64,000 bases of DNA, taken from the NCBI GenBank assembly GCA_965233585.1, contig CBDDTI010000745.1:1-64000 (forward strand), written 5' to 3'. Position 1 is the first letter of the stretch; each line of letters begins with the position of its first letter. Under the pieces are notes generated by a model, which was not told the DNA's origin, searched no databases, and was given only the letters and a program-made list of their open reading frames with translations. This DNA is from a bacterium (lineage in GTDB: Bacteria > SAR324 > NAC60-12). Shown piece after piece: positions 1 through 10,611 of the stretch. The position numbers and the translations under genes are program-made.

Positions 1-120
1 CCCGTTACATTTTTTATTGCAAAAGACCAAACAATTTTCTCACGTGCTACCGGCATCAGAGACTGGAACAGCCCAGAAATGAATCAATTCTATCAATACT
101 ACCTTAAACAATCCCCATAA
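1..120 (+). CDS. 3' end of probable TlpA/thioredoxin-like disulfide reductase (partial)
   Basis: Frame 1 reads PVTFFIAKDQTIFSRATGIRDWNSPE...*, matching the TlpA C-terminal P-x-T...G-x-RDW-x-S pattern. Confidence 0.6.
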   Translation, partial: PVTFFIAKDQTIFSRATGIRDWNSPEMNQFYQYYLKQSP

Positions 121-230
121 GCATCGTTTGTTTTAGAAAGATTTTGTTTTAGAAAAATGATGATAGGAAAACCTCTAAAATGAGATGACTCTTTTTTAAA
201 AAGTCATTAACTACTCCCAGACATAGACAG

Positions 231-536
231 ATGAAAGTTGTTTACATTGTGATTTTAAAGTATACGGTGAAGTTTGAAGAATTATCAGACTTAATTCCCC
301 AACATCGGCTTTTTCTACAACCATACTATGATGACCAAACTATTTTATTCTCTGGTCCTTTAGTAGATCGGACTGGTGGCATGGTTGTTTTACGTTCCCC
401 TAACAAAGAATGGGTCAAAAATCTTTTTTCACAAGACCCTTTTGCCAAACATCATGTAGCAACTTATGAATTTTTAGAGCTAGAGGTCAAAGCATCTCAA
501 ACTTTTTTAGACCACTGGCTACTTTGCCAAAACTAA
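231..536 (+). CDS. YciI family protein
   Basis: ~100 aa; H..FL, SGP..DRTGG and DPF motifs. Confidence 0.8.
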   Translation: MKVVYIVILKYTVKFEELSDLIPQHRLFLQPYYDDQTILFSGPLVDRTGGMVVLRSPNKEWVKNLFSQDPFAKHHVATYEFLELEVKASQTFLDHWLLCQN

Positions 537-539
537 ACT

Positions 540-2150
540 ATGCAGATTTCACATCGCTTATTTTTCATTTTATATCTAGTTGCTGTGTCCTTTTTTCTCA
601 TCTCGGGGATTCAGGGATCAATGCTTTTAGATTGGGACGAAAACATTTACGCAGAAGCATCAAAGCAAATGTTGATTCGTCAAGACTACCTGAACATTTA
701 CATCAATGATGCTCCATTTGCAGAAAAGCCCCCGTTCTTTTTTTGGATGCAAGCTGTCAGCTATCATCTTTTTGGCGTGAATGAATTTTCTGCAAGATTG
801 CCTTCAGCATTTGTTGGAATTTTGATGGCATTTGTCTTAATTTACTTTGGAAAAAAATTGGTTTCTTTCAAATTAGGTGTGTTTTGGAGTCTTATTTTTA
901 CAACCTCACTTTTAACTTCTATTCTTGCCAAATCTGCTGTGATAGATCACACCTTCAATTTTTTCATCACTATTGGGGCATTCTCTCTTTATTTTTATGA
1001 CCAATCTTGGAAGTTTCAAAAATGGAAATGGCTTTTTGTGGCATCAGTCGCCATGGGGCTTGCAGTACTGACCAAAGGACCATTAGGCGGGGTTATCCCT
1101 TTAGTGGCTTTTCTTTCTTACAAAGTGTTTGACAGATCATCTAAAATTTTATTGTCTCATTTTTTATTTTGTGCTGGCATCTCTTTAAGTATTGCAACAT
1201 GTTGGTATTGGATTAACTGGTTTGTATATGGTTCTGAGTTTCTTCAAAGATTTATTGAGTTTCAAATCAAGCTATTTTCACAGTCTTTAGAAGGGCATCA
1301 AGGACCATTTTATTATCATATATTGGTTGCAATTTTGGGATTTGCACCGTGGAGCTTTTTTTTACTTGGATTTCAAAAGAAAATGATTTGCAAAGGTTTT
1401 AGTATGAGAGGAATGATGATTCTTTGTTTAGGTTGGGTCGCATTTGTTCTACTCTTATTTTCATTTGTTCAAACTAAATTACCTCACTATTCTGCATCTA
1501 TTTACATTCCTCTTTCATTCATTGCTGCTTTGATTTTATATCAATATGATGAAAAATTGATGACCATCAAAAAAAGAAGAATGATGTTAGGACTTGCCTT
1601 TTTTGCTTTGATTTTCACTGCTTTCCCATTTGTATTTTTGCAATATGCTCAAGATTATCAAATTCAACTTGCAACGAAAATTGAAAACATACAAACCCAT
1701 TTGATTTACGTATTAAGTATCGTAGTTTTTTGTTTATTTATCACTGCAATCATATTACTCAAACATGAAGAATTAAAAAAAATGTGTGTTGTAATTTTTT
1801 GTGCAATCTTTCTTTTTACATTCAATGTATGGCATTTTTTATTACCAGTTTATGCAACATTAACACAGAAAAATATGATTGATTTAGTCAAAGAAGGTCA
1901 TCAGAAAGGAAAGTTAGTTTTTTACAGATATGTTTCATTTGCAGCTTTGTTTTATGGGGAAAAACCTATTGAGATGCTACATACATATAAATTTGAAGGG
2001 AATCCAAATGTTTTAAATCAAAAAAGAGATTTTGATATTTTTGTGTTAACATCTTCTGAACATGCAACCAAACTTCAACAAGAACACCCTCTTGTCAAAC
2101 CATACAAAAAGGTTGGGAATTGGTTTATGGGAATCATTGACCAGAAATAA
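540..2150 (+). CDS. ArnT/PMT-like membrane glycosyltransferase
   Basis: DWDE..YAEAS, EKPP, ARLPS, LTKGP and TKLPHY motifs; many TM helices. Confidence 0.85.
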   Translation: MQISHRLFFILYLVAVSFFLISGIQGSMLLDWDENIYAEASKQMLIRQDYLNIYINDAPFAEKPPFFFWMQAVSYHLFGVNEFSARLPSAFVGILMAFVLIYFGKKLVSFKLGVFWSLIFTTSLLTSILAKSAVIDHTFNFFITIGAFSLYFYDQSWKFQKWKWLFVASVAMGLAVLTKGPLGGVIPLVAFLSYKVFDRSSKILLSHFLFCAGISLSIATCWYWINWFVYGSEFLQRFIEFQIKLFSQSLEGHQGPFYYHILVAILGFAPWSFFLLGFQKKMICKGFSMRGMMILCLGWVAFVLLLFSFVQTKLPHYSASIYIPLSFIAALILYQYDEKLMTIKKRRMMLGLAFFALIFTAFPFVFLQYAQDYQIQLATKIENIQTHLIYVLSIVVFCLFITAIILLKHEELKKMCVVIFCAIFLFTFNVWHFLLPVYATLTQKNMIDLVKEGHQKGKLVFYRYVSFAALFYGEKPIEMLHTYKFEGNPNVLNQKRDFDIFVLTSSEHATKLQQEHPLVKPYKKVGNWFMGIIDQK

Positions 2151-2220
2151 AAAATTTAGGGAGGTAGGAAAGAGAAAATTTGATTTCCTTTTTTAAAATT
2201 ACATTCAAATTGAGTGATTC

Positions 2221-2949
2221 CTAGCTCTGCATTAGATGATGGGTTGCAATCGCAACAGTTGCAGAAACATTGAGAGAAGCAACATTGGGATTGCCCTCAA
2301 TTTTGGCTAACAAATCACATTGCTTTTTGACTAAGGGACGCAGTCCTTTTCCCTCATTGCCAACAACTACAATCATAGGGACATCTAACTTAATTTGCTC
2401 TAGGTTCATGGGAGAATTGACGTCTAAACCCACAATCCAAAATCCTTGTTTTTGACAATTTTGCAAAGTTCTGGAAAGGTTGGAGACTCCTATCACAGGA
2501 TAAAATTCTGCAACACCACAAGAGACTTTGCTGACAGTGGGAGACAATCCTGTAAAACGAGCATGGCAAGTGATTAAGCCTGTCACATTGAAGAATCCGC
2601 AAGTACGAATGATTGCACCAATATTTTGAGGGTCTTCAAGTTGGTCTAATGCAAAGAATAATGTTTTTTCTGCTTGTTTTGAAATAAAACTGGGTGGCAA
2701 CAGGCTCAGCTCTCCACACTCTAAGATAGAATTGGGGGCTGATTTTTGGTGAGAAAGACTTTTTAGAACTTGCCCAGAGTCCCACAGTACAGGAATATTT
2801 TGAGAGACTGCAAGCGATGCAAGATACTGGAGACGTTGGGAAGGGTGGTTTGATTTTTTAAGAATGAGACGATAGCACTTTCTTCGTTTAGCAAGTAACG
2901 CTTGTTCAATAGAAAAAAAGTTATCAAGCTTTTGGACTTGTTTGTGCAT
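2221..2949 (-). CDS. SPOUT RNA methyltransferase, TrmH/RlmB family
   Basis: DPQNIGAIIRT, GNEGKGL and SLNVS motifs. Confidence 0.85.
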   Translation of the reverse strand: MHKQVQKLDNFFSIEQALLAKRRKCYRLILKKSNHPSQRLQYLASLAVSQNIPVLWDSGQVLKSLSHQKSAPNSILECGELSLLPPSFISKQAEKTLFFALDQLEDPQNIGAIIRTCGFFNVTGLITCHARFTGLSPTVSKVSCGVAEFYPVIGVSNLSRTLQNCQKQGFWIVGLDVNSPMNLEQIKLDVPMIVVVGNEGKGLRPLVKKQCDLLAKIEGNPNVASLNVSATVAIATHHLMQS

Positions 2950-3021
2950 AAGTTATCAATTTTAGGGACATTTCAATGAATGTTAAAATGACATTTTTTA
3001 TTCTTTCATTTGCTTTAGATC

Positions 3022-4254
3022 ATGCCTGAATCAGATAGACGTTTTCATTCATTAGACATTGATCTTGATAAAATCACTCATCAAATCAATGATGACATTC
3101 AAACGACCCAAAAATTAATTTCCAGTTTTAAAAAACAAGCCTTTATTCAACGAAGTTTTGATGTCATGAGAAAAAGTGACTCAGCCGTCGTCGCCACTGG
3201 AAAAAACATTCACGACATTCACCCAAGCCAGATTTCAGCACGTTACTGTAGCAAACTTAAAAAAGACCCAGAAGATATGGTCACAAGGCTAGAGTTAATC
3301 AACCTAGTTTTAAAAGGAGCAAAGCCTAAATACAAGGAATATTACACTCTGTTCATTCAGGCAACTGCGGCAACGACCATGTCTGAAATCAGCAAAGAAG
3401 CTGTTGGAATCGTGTTGCATCTGCAAGACAAAGTCTTCAGTTTGTTGCTTGAACAATGTCAAGAACATCTTGAATGGTTGCAGGGAAAGTTACAAGAAAA
3501 CAGCAATGACAGTAGTCGTGTCCAAGCAGTCGTACAGATTCGTAAAGAGATAGAAAAAGTGGTTCATAGCCAATATGGATTCAATGTGATTTTGAAACAA
3601 CTTCAAAATGGTCTCAAATCATGGCGTGAACGTCCGGGATTGTCCCTGAATCGTCAAGCTGTGGTCAATGTAAAAGACTTACAGCTTGAGGCGATGGAAC
3701 AAGGTCAAAAAATGACTCAAGAAGAGTTTAAAACAAGGTTCAAAATTCCAAGCGAAATTGCTTTAGTGAGTCGTTATAGCATGTTACTTCATGAACAAGC
3801 CAACAAGATGGTTCATCTCTTCACTGTTTTAAAAGCGGACTCCAGCTATCCTTTCTTTATTATGGGACGTATTAACATGGTGACGCTGAATATCTGTGTA
3901 GAAAATTATCGTGCAACCAAAGACCCTGTTGCTCTTAAAAAGATTCATTTAGAATTTAAAAATGTTTATCAACTTTATTCTAAAGCAGTCAAGATGATTC
4001 CCCCCACTACTAAGTCTCCAACAGATTTTACAGTCTTGACTGAGTTTGGAAATCTTGTGCATTACTACTTCCAAGTTTCTCAACTGGTGATAGGCAAACT
4101 TCCAGCAGGAGAAGGATTTAAGAATGTGCTAAAAACAGCAATCAAAAAAGTACAAATTGCACAAGAGTCTGGTCAGGTAGATAAGCTGATTCGTGACCTG
4201 CACTCTGATTTATCAGGTTTAACTTCTTCCCAAATCCAAGATGGGGATTTGTAA
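3022..4254 (+). CDS. hypothetical protein (predicted helical)
   Basis: 410-aa ORF filling the gap between genes; no motif recognised. Confidence 0.6.
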   Translation: MPESDRRFHSLDIDLDKITHQINDDIQTTQKLISSFKKQAFIQRSFDVMRKSDSAVVATGKNIHDIHPSQISARYCSKLKKDPEDMVTRLELINLVLKGAKPKYKEYYTLFIQATAATTMSEISKEAVGIVLHLQDKVFSLLLEQCQEHLEWLQGKLQENSNDSSRVQAVVQIRKEIEKVVHSQYGFNVILKQLQNGLKSWRERPGLSLNRQAVVNVKDLQLEAMEQGQKMTQEEFKTRFKIPSEIALVSRYSMLLHEQANKMVHLFTVLKADSSYPFFIMGRINMVTLNICVENYRATKDPVALKKIHLEFKNVYQLYSKAVKMIPPTTKSPTDFTVLTEFGNLVHYYFQVSQLVIGKLPAGEGFKNVLKTAIKKVQIAQESGQVDKLIRDLHSDLSGLTSSQIQDGDL

Positions 4255-4269
4255 AAATCCCTAACTTTG

Positions 4270-5247
4270 TCATTCACTTTGTAAGAGTCCTTTAAAAAAG
4301 AGTCCATATTCTGAGTCAAAATGCTCTTGCAACAGACCAAAGTACTGGTTCCAAGGTGGTTTAGGCAAACGTTCTCTGCTTTGATAATAAATCATTAAGT
4401 GGCTATCCTTCCAAGATTCTCTTAAAAACGCTTTTAATTCAGAATGATCACTCAATCCCTCCAAGACAAGCACTGCAGATGCGTATGTTTTAGAGCAAAA
4501 TTGAAACTTACGTAAGATCACATCTTCTTTACCATTGGCTAAATCTTGTTCCAGCTGGGACGTCCCTTTGAAGTCTATTTTAATCCACTTAGCAAGCCCT
4601 GCAAGTAATACCCTAACAGAGTCTTCCATCTGGTTTGAATCATCAAGGGCAATACCAAGACCTAAATCCTGTGCCAGTGTGATTGCAGTTGGCACATAAT
4701 CGGGGGTCAGATTCTCGCTAATCTCAATGTACAAACCACGCCGTGCTTCAGGAAACCAGTCTAATAATTGCTTTAATGCTTTGGGATAGTTGAGGTAAAT
4801 GGCATCAATGTTTTGTGTAAATGTTGTGGAAGCAAAATATTTTTTTAAAGCATGAGCATGACCTTTCAAAAGACGTATAGTTGCCAGTGCGGCAATGATG
4901 GAAGAAAACCGGAGTAACACCAAAGGGATTTCCATTTCCTTTGCTTGCTTTTGAATGATGCCAAAACTATGACCTTTCCTGTCAATCGCAAGCAACTCAA
5001 AACCCCTTGTCGCATGTTCATTGTCAAAAGGAGCAAGCCTGTCAATGGACTCTGCTTTGACAGACATCCACTGCAAATAATTCTTGGCTTTCGTACTCAA
5101 TTTGTCCCATTGTTTAGGGAACAATTCTGCTAAAAACGTGGCGATTGCCTCAGGGAAGCAGGTCAGCGGTTTATCAGGAGGGGCAAGTATAACGGCAGAA
5201 TTGATGAGGTAATCACCTTCCAAAAGGTCAGTAATAGAGACAGGCAT
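4270..5247 (-). CDS. stand-alone EAL-like domain protein (divergent)
   Basis: GFELL, IEISE, IALDD, IKID and VLEG appear in EAL order. Confidence 0.65.
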   Translation of the reverse strand: MPVSITDLLEGDYLINSAVILAPPDKPLTCFPEAIATFLAELFPKQWDKLSTKAKNYLQWMSVKAESIDRLAPFDNEHATRGFELLAIDRKGHSFGIIQKQAKEMEIPLVLLRFSSIIAALATIRLLKGHAHALKKYFASTTFTQNIDAIYLNYPKALKQLLDWFPEARRGLYIEISENLTPDYVPTAITLAQDLGLGIALDDSNQMEDSVRVLLAGLAKWIKIDFKGTSQLEQDLANGKEDVILRKFQFCSKTYASAVLVLEGLSDHSELKAFLRESWKDSHLMIYYQSRERLPKPPWNQYFGLLQEHFDSEYGLFFKGLLQSE

Positions 5248-5385
5248 GAAGAAGGTTATTTTAGGTCAGTTGATGGTCGTGTTGCGTTTGGTCAAGAATG
5301 ACCACAAACACAGCAAGACTAGATGACAGCTTTTGAAAGGCTTTCATTTTTTTTGAGAAAAATAGAAGTTAATGCACAAATTCGG

Positions 5386-6741
5386 TTAAATAGAACTGGA
5401 AGGCAAGTTTGCAAACTTGGTATATTCTCCTTGAAACATCAGCTCAAAGTCTCCTGTGCTTCCATTTCTATGTTTAGCAATGATGATTTCAGCAATGCCT
5501 TTTTTACTAGATTCTTTGTTATAGACTTCGTCACGGTAGATAAATAGGACGAGGTCAGCATCTTGTTCTAATGCTCCTGACTCCCGCAAATCTGACATGA
5601 CGGGGTGTTTGTCTGCACGTCTTTCCAAATCCCTGTTCAGTTGTGAAAGAGCAATGACAGGAATGTCAAATTCTTTGGCAATTTGTTTCAGGTTGCGTGA
5701 AATATGGGCGATTTCTTGTTCCCTTGAAAAAGAACGTCCGCTAGTGTGCATGAGTTGTAGATAATCCACAACAATCGTCCCCATTTTTTCATATTCTTGT
5801 TCCTGCTGAATCCTTCTTAACACAGAGCGAATATGAGTGGTAGAAATGTCTGATGTATCATCAATCCAAAGAGGCATGTCTAACAGATGTGAGGTCTCTT
5901 CTGACAATCTATGCCAATGTTCATCTTCCAAATTCCCAGACTTCAGTAAATGATTATTGACCAGAGCATTGGAACATAAGATTCGCATAGCAATTTGTTC
6001 CTTTGGCATCTCTAAACTAAAAAAGATGACAGGTAGCTGGGATTGTAGAGACGCATGAGTGGCAAGACTTAAAGCAAAAGCAGTTTTTCCCATGGCAGGT
6101 CTTGCGGCAATGATGATTAAATCCCCTTGGTGCAAGCCGTGCGTGATTTCATCAAATTGAGTAAAGCCTGTTGGTAGTCCTTGGGTGTGTTCAGGAGTTT
6201 TACTAATTTTCTCAAGTTTTTCAATAACTTCTAAGAAAACATCTTTGATAGGGTGAAAGGTAGTGCTGACTGGGTTTTGACCCAATTCATGCAAACGTTC
6301 TATGGCAAGTGCCAATTTGGTGTCAAACCCTTCTGGTGTCTCTTGTCCCTTTTCTGCAATGTCTTGTGCTGTGACAATGAGCTTACGAAGCTGTCCTTTC
6401 TCACGGACTGCTTGGGCATAGCTCAACACATTTTCAACAACAGGAGTAGATTGAATCAGCTGGTAGATATAATCGCCTCCTCCCACTTTATCCAAGAGTT
6501 GATGGTCTCTTAAAAGAGTTGACAACGCCACCTCGTCAATGGGAGAACTACGTTCGTCAAGAACCAGCATCATCTTATAGATTTCAGTATTAGCAGGAGA
6601 GAAGAAGTCTTCGGGTTGCAAAATAGAAACGACTTCAGGAAAAACACCATTATTTAAAATGACTGCTCCCAGAACTGCTTTTTCTGCACCGGGGTCGTGA
6701 GGTAGAAACGACTGTGAGGAACTCTCATCAGAGTTTGCCAT
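5386..6741 (-). CDS. dnaB: replicative DNA helicase
   Basis: AARPAMGKT, DYLQLM, LSQLNR, DLRESGALEQDAD. Confidence 0.97.
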   Translation of the reverse strand: MANSDESSSQSFLPHDPGAEKAVLGAVILNNGVFPEVVSILQPEDFFSPANTEIYKMMLVLDERSSPIDEVALSTLLRDHQLLDKVGGGDYIYQLIQSTPVVENVLSYAQAVREKGQLRKLIVTAQDIAEKGQETPEGFDTKLALAIERLHELGQNPVSTTFHPIKDVFLEVIEKLEKISKTPEHTQGLPTGFTQFDEITHGLHQGDLIIIAARPAMGKTAFALSLATHASLQSQLPVIFFSLEMPKEQIAMRILCSNALVNNHLLKSGNLEDEHWHRLSEETSHLLDMPLWIDDTSDISTTHIRSVLRRIQQEQEYEKMGTIVVDYLQLMHTSGRSFSREQEIAHISRNLKQIAKEFDIPVIALSQLNRDLERRADKHPVMSDLRESGALEQDADLVLFIYRDEVYNKESSKKGIAEIIIAKHRNGSTGDFELMFQGEYTKFANLPSSSI

Positions 6742-6756
6742 AAGAGCTTTTTGAAT

Positions 6757-7290
6757 CTAGCTACTCTGACGTTCTTCTTGTTCCTGACCTTCCTCTACTA
6801 GCTCCATTTCAGCAGGGTCAGTGACAACTTCAGCTGGCTCTTCCTTCTTTTCTTCAACAACATGTACAGTCACCTGTGCTTTGACTTGTGTATGCAGTTT
6901 CAGAGGCACAGTGTGTGTTCCGATGTTTTTGATGGGAGCATGGCTGAGAATGTTGCGACGTGTGAGGTCAAACCCTTCTTTTTGTAGAATCTCTTCAAGG
7001 TCTCTATTGGTCACAGAACCAAAAAGTTTTCCATTCTCACCAGCAATTTTGGCGATCGTCAACTCTACCTGAGACAGCTTGTCTGACAGAGACTGAGCCT
7101 GATTGACTGCATCTTGACGAAGTTTTTCCAAATACTGAAGCTGGTGCAAAAACTGTTTGTTTCTTGAACCTGAGACAGCAATCGCTTTGTTTTGTGGAAT
7201 CAAATAATTTCTTGCATACCCCGGCTTGACATCAACTTGGTCACCTAACGAGCCGAGATTTGCAACATCTTGAGTTAAGACAATTTTCAT
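6757..7290 (-). CDS. rplI: 50S ribosomal protein L9
   Basis: VKPGYARNYLIP, GKLFGSVT; acidic C-terminal tail. Confidence 0.97.
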   Translation of the reverse strand: MKIVLTQDVANLGSLGDQVDVKPGYARNYLIPQNKAIAVSGSRNKQFLHQLQYLEKLRQDAVNQAQSLSDKLSQVELTIAKIAGENGKLFGSVTNRDLEEILQKEGFDLTRRNILSHAPIKNIGTHTVPLKLHTQVKAQVTVHVVEEKKEEPAEVVTDPAEMELVEEGQEQEERQSS

Positions 7291-7311
7291 AACTAAACTT
7301 TTTGTTTCAAA

Positions 7312-7566
7312 TTAACTTTCTGGTGGAACGTATCCTTCAACGCATGAAATTAGCCCAAGATTCCTTGCTCTCTTGACAGCCAAAGCCAGCATACGTTGGT
7401 ATGATGCAGACACTCCTGAAATCCTTCTAGGCACAATCTTGCCACATTTGGTCATGTAGCTCTTCAGCAACTCTACATCTTTGTAATCAATCCGAGTGAT
7501 GCCTGCCTCTTTGAAGGGGCAGTATTTACGTCTTGTGATAACCCTTCTTTTTCTACGATAAGCCAT
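7312..7566 (-). CDS. rpsR: 30S ribosomal protein S18
   Basis: [23 protein letters not shown]. Confidence 0.96.
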   Translation of the reverse strand: MAYRRKRRVITRRKYCPFKEAGITRIDYKDVELLKSYMTKCGKIVPRRISGVSASYQRMLALAVKRARNLGLISCVEGYVPPES

Positions 7567-7587
7567 GAATCTCCTTTGATAAAATTT

Positions 7588-7941
7588 TTAAGACTGAAGA
7601 ACCACCTCTTCTTTGGGTTGACTCAAACCCAAGAAAAATTCTGATTCTTTTTCAATGTCATCTACGGCGTGAATGTGAAAACGCAAAATGGAATCTGAGT
7701 AGCGAAAATGCTTGCCTAATTGGTCAACCATCTCACCGTTTCCTGTCAGATAAAACAGGTGGTAAACTCCATGGGTTTTCTTTTGAATTTGGTAAGCCAG
7801 ACGCCTTCTGCCCCAAAGATGATACTTTTGTAAATCCCCCCCGTAACGTTTGACGACTTCTTTGGCTTGTTCCAACGTCCGTTCAAGCTCTTCTTCTGAG
7901 AGTTCTGCGATTGTCACAACAACTGTTTCATAACCTTTCAT
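7588..7941 (-). CDS. rpsF: 30S ribosomal protein S6
   Basis: YET.., WGRRRLAYQIQK; synteny with rpsR-rplI. Confidence 0.95.
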   Translation of the reverse strand: MKGYETVVVTIAELSEEELERTLEQAKEVVKRYGGDLQKYHLWGRRRLAYQIQKKTHGVYHLFYLTGNGEMVDQLGKHFRYSDSILRFHIHAVDDIEKESEFFLGLSQPKEEVVLQS

Positions 7942-7953
7942 AAATCCTTTTTC

Positions 7954-9051
7954 CTAAAGTGAGACATTAAATCTAAAGTGAATGACGTCACCATCGTTCA
8001 CCACGTAATCTTTACCTTCCAAACGTTTCAACCCAGATTCCTTGACTGCATGTTCTGACTGTAACCTGTTAATCTCGTCAAAGTGATAAACTTCTGCACG
8101 AATGAACCCTTTTTGGAAGTCTGTGTGAATCTTGCCTGCCGCTTGGGGTGCCGTTGTGCCTTTGACTAAATTCCAAGCTCGGACTTCTTTTTTTCCTGCA
8201 GTAAAAAACATAATCTGATTTAACAGGCGATGACAAGACCTGATGAACAAAGACAGACTGGTTTGTTGCAACCCCAAGTCTTCCATAAATTCTTGAATCT
8301 CTTCAGGTGTCAAATCTGCTAATTCAGACTCTATCTTTGCACAAACTCTTGTAAACTCTACGTCATCATTTTGAGCCGCATTTTTCAGCTGTGCTTCATA
8401 CTCACAAGGGTTTTCAATGCTGTCTTCTGCAATGTTTGCCGCATAAAGAGCAGGTTTGAATGTAATCAGTTGACTTTCTTGGAGCGTTTCAAGTGATTCT
8501 TGGTCGCATTGAAAAGAACGTGCATCTTTGCCTTCGTTCAAGTGGTTGACCAATCTTTCACAAAGTTCTATTTCTTGGGCAAAAGAGGGGTCTCCTTTGA
8601 TACGTTTCCGTGCTTTTTCTATCCGCTTCTCTAAAATCTGAATATCAGAAAGAATCAGTTCTGTTTTGATGATGTCAAGGTCTTCTAGCGGATTAGTTCT
8701 TCCCTCCACATGAACGATGTTGGGGTCATCAAAACACCTCACCAGATACACGATGGCATCAACCTCGCGAATGTGTCCCAAGAATTGATTACCCAAGCCT
8801 TCTCCCTGACTTGCTCCTTTCACCAAACCTGCAATGTCCACCACCTTCAAAAAACTGTGTACGACTTCTTCAGGCTCAAACAATTCTGACAATCTGTCAA
8901 GCCTTGCATCTGGAATTGGCACTAAACCGACATTGGGGTCAATCGTACAAAACGGATAATTAGAAGCCTCTGCTTGAATTTTAGTTAAGGCACGGAACAA
9001 CGTTGACTTGCCAACATTGGGCAAACCCACAATGCCAATCTCTAATCCCAT
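7954..9051 (-). CDS. ychF: redox-regulated ATPase YchF
   Basis: GIVGLPNVGKST, NYPFCTIDPN, GEGLGNQFL, FIRAEV. Confidence 0.97.
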   Translation of the reverse strand: MGLEIGIVGLPNVGKSTLFRALTKIQAEASNYPFCTIDPNVGLVPIPDARLDRLSELFEPEEVVHSFLKVVDIAGLVKGASQGEGLGNQFLGHIREVDAIVYLVRCFDDPNIVHVEGRTNPLEDLDIIKTELILSDIQILEKRIEKARKRIKGDPSFAQEIELCERLVNHLNEGKDARSFQCDQESLETLQESQLITFKPALYAANIAEDSIENPCEYEAQLKNAAQNDDVEFTRVCAKIESELADLTPEEIQEFMEDLGLQQTSLSLFIRSCHRLLNQIMFFTAGKKEVRAWNLVKGTTAPQAAGKIHTDFQKGFIRAEVYHFDEINRLQSEHAVKESGLKRLEGKDYVVNDGDVIHFRFNVSL

Positions 9052-9153
9052 AGCACAGAAAAAATGCGTTTAGATGTCCTCAAAATGCTTTAACAATATC
9101 AATGCGGTGTCAGTTCAATCTTTTAACTTCCAATTTTTCAATCGTTCTTTAAT

Positions 9154-9684
9154 TCAATGCTTTTCTAAAAAATTAGAAAAATGCTCATCAACTTGGGGTT
9201 TCAGCTCTTCAAGTGCTGTCAATTCGTCTTTGGTGTAATTAGAAAGGACAAAGTCTGAAACAGATTGTTTTTGTTTTGGGCGACCAATGCCAATTCTCAT
9301 GCGGCAGAAGTCATTATGACCCCATTGTTCAATGATGGAACGCAAGCCGTTATGACCCCCATGCCCTCCTTGTGTACGAAACCTAATCTTGCCTTGTGGC
9401 AAATCAAGGTCATCAGAAATCACAAGCGTCTGGGGAGGTTCTACTTTGAAAAAGCTGGCACATGCCACCACAGCATGACCACTTAAATTCACATACGTCA
9501 TGGGTTTGAGAAAAATAATCTGATGCCCTTGCCAAATGACTTTGACATAATGTGCCTTAAACTTGGTTTGAAACGAACCTGCCCCCGTTTTTTGAGACAA
9601 GTAGTCAACCATCATAAAACCAACATTATGACGATGATACACATGCGCAGGGTCAGGATTGCCCAAACCTACGACCAGCTTCAT
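9154..9684 (-). CDS. pth: peptidyl-tRNA hydrolase
   Basis: VGLGNP, RHNVGF, GGHNGLRS, RIGIGRP. Confidence 0.96.
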   Translation of the reverse strand: MKLVVGLGNPDPAHVYHRHNVGFMMVDYLSQKTGAGSFQTKFKAHYVKVIWQGHQIIFLKPMTYVNLSGHAVVACASFFKVEPPQTLVISDDLDLPQGKIRFRTQGGHGGHNGLRSIIEQWGHNDFCRMRIGIGRPKQKQSVSDFVLSNYTKDELTALEELKPQVDEHFSNFLEKH

Positions 9685-9690
9685 ACTGAC

Positions 9691-10278
9691 CTACTCTTCT
9701 GCTTGTTGGGTTGCCACACGGCGACCGACAATGGCAACGACACTATAGTTTTGTGTCCCCTGAGGTACGACACCTTCAGGATAAGTCAGGTCATGCAAAC
9801 GGGTTGTCTCACGCAAATCTAGGTGAGACACATCAACCTCAATGTGTTCAGGGATTTGGTCTTTATTACAAAAAATCGGCACTTCCCGCACCACCATCTG
9901 CAAGACTCCTCCCTTTTTCTCGCCTACCGACTTTCCAACCACCCGAAGAGGCACTTTGAGTGCCAACCGTTTGCCTTCTGCAGGCAAGACAAAATCCACA
10001 TGATGAATCTGACTTTGGAAGGCAGGTTGTTGAATCTCTTTGATTAACACTTGATAGTCAGTTGCTTGGTCTTGGTCTATCACCTTCAAGTTCAGCAATT
10101 CGTGAAATCCTGTGAATTTTTTTAACACCTGACGGAAGGCATCTTCTTCAAGTGTCAGCAAGCAAGAAAGACCTTGACCATATAAATTTGCTGGAATTTG
10201 ACCACTTTGCCTCAGCTGACGATTGGCAAGTTTTCCTGAATGATGCCGAACATGTGCAGTCAGTTGTGTCTCAGACAT
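9691..10278 (-). CDS. rplY: 50S ribosomal protein L25/Ctc
   Basis: LRQSGQIPANLYG, HVDF, GEKKGG; start moved to the ATG at 10278 after a GGAG SD. Confidence 0.92.
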   Translation of the reverse strand: MSETQLTAHVRHHSGKLANRQLRQSGQIPANLYGQGLSCLLTLEEDAFRQVLKKFTGFHELLNLKVIDQDQATDYQVLIKEIQQPAFQSQIHHVDFVLPAEGKRLALKVPLRVVGKSVGEKKGGVLQMVVREVPIFCNKDQIPEHIEVDVSHLDLRETTRLHDLTYPEGVVPQGTQNYSVVAIVGRRVATQQAEE

Positions 10279-10461
10279 TCCATAAACTCCTAGTAAATAA
10301 TAAAAACCCGTCATTCTCTCACTTCTCAAACATAAAAGTCAACTCTTGTCTGAACCATTACCCCAAAATTCTTTAAAAAATCATCAAAACCAAAGCATGC
10401 TTGATTTTTTGACAGCATTTTTAAGTTTTTTTGAATTTTTAGATGAAAGCATGTCAGGTCA

Positions 10462-10494
10462 AAATCCCCCGCTTTACGACTAAGCAGGGGAAAG
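10462..10494 (-). terminator. probable intrinsic terminator after lipoprotein paralog 1
   Basis: Minus-strand CCCCTGCTT...AAGCGGGGG hairpin followed by T run; a related hairpin follows paralog 2 (~28540-28572). Confidence 0.45.
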
Positions 10495-10611
10495 ACAAGG
10501 GAAGGAGAAAAAAAGGGAACAAGAAGAAAAAAAGAAAGTTTAAAAAGAAAGTTTAAAAAGAAAAAAGTGAAATCACCACCAAAACTCTTTTGAACTCAAT
10601 TTTGAAATTCA

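Noticed and set aside
10500..10566. A-rich tandem repeats (also near 26440 and 28465)
   Set aside because: Two-copy low-complexity slippage with no supportable function.
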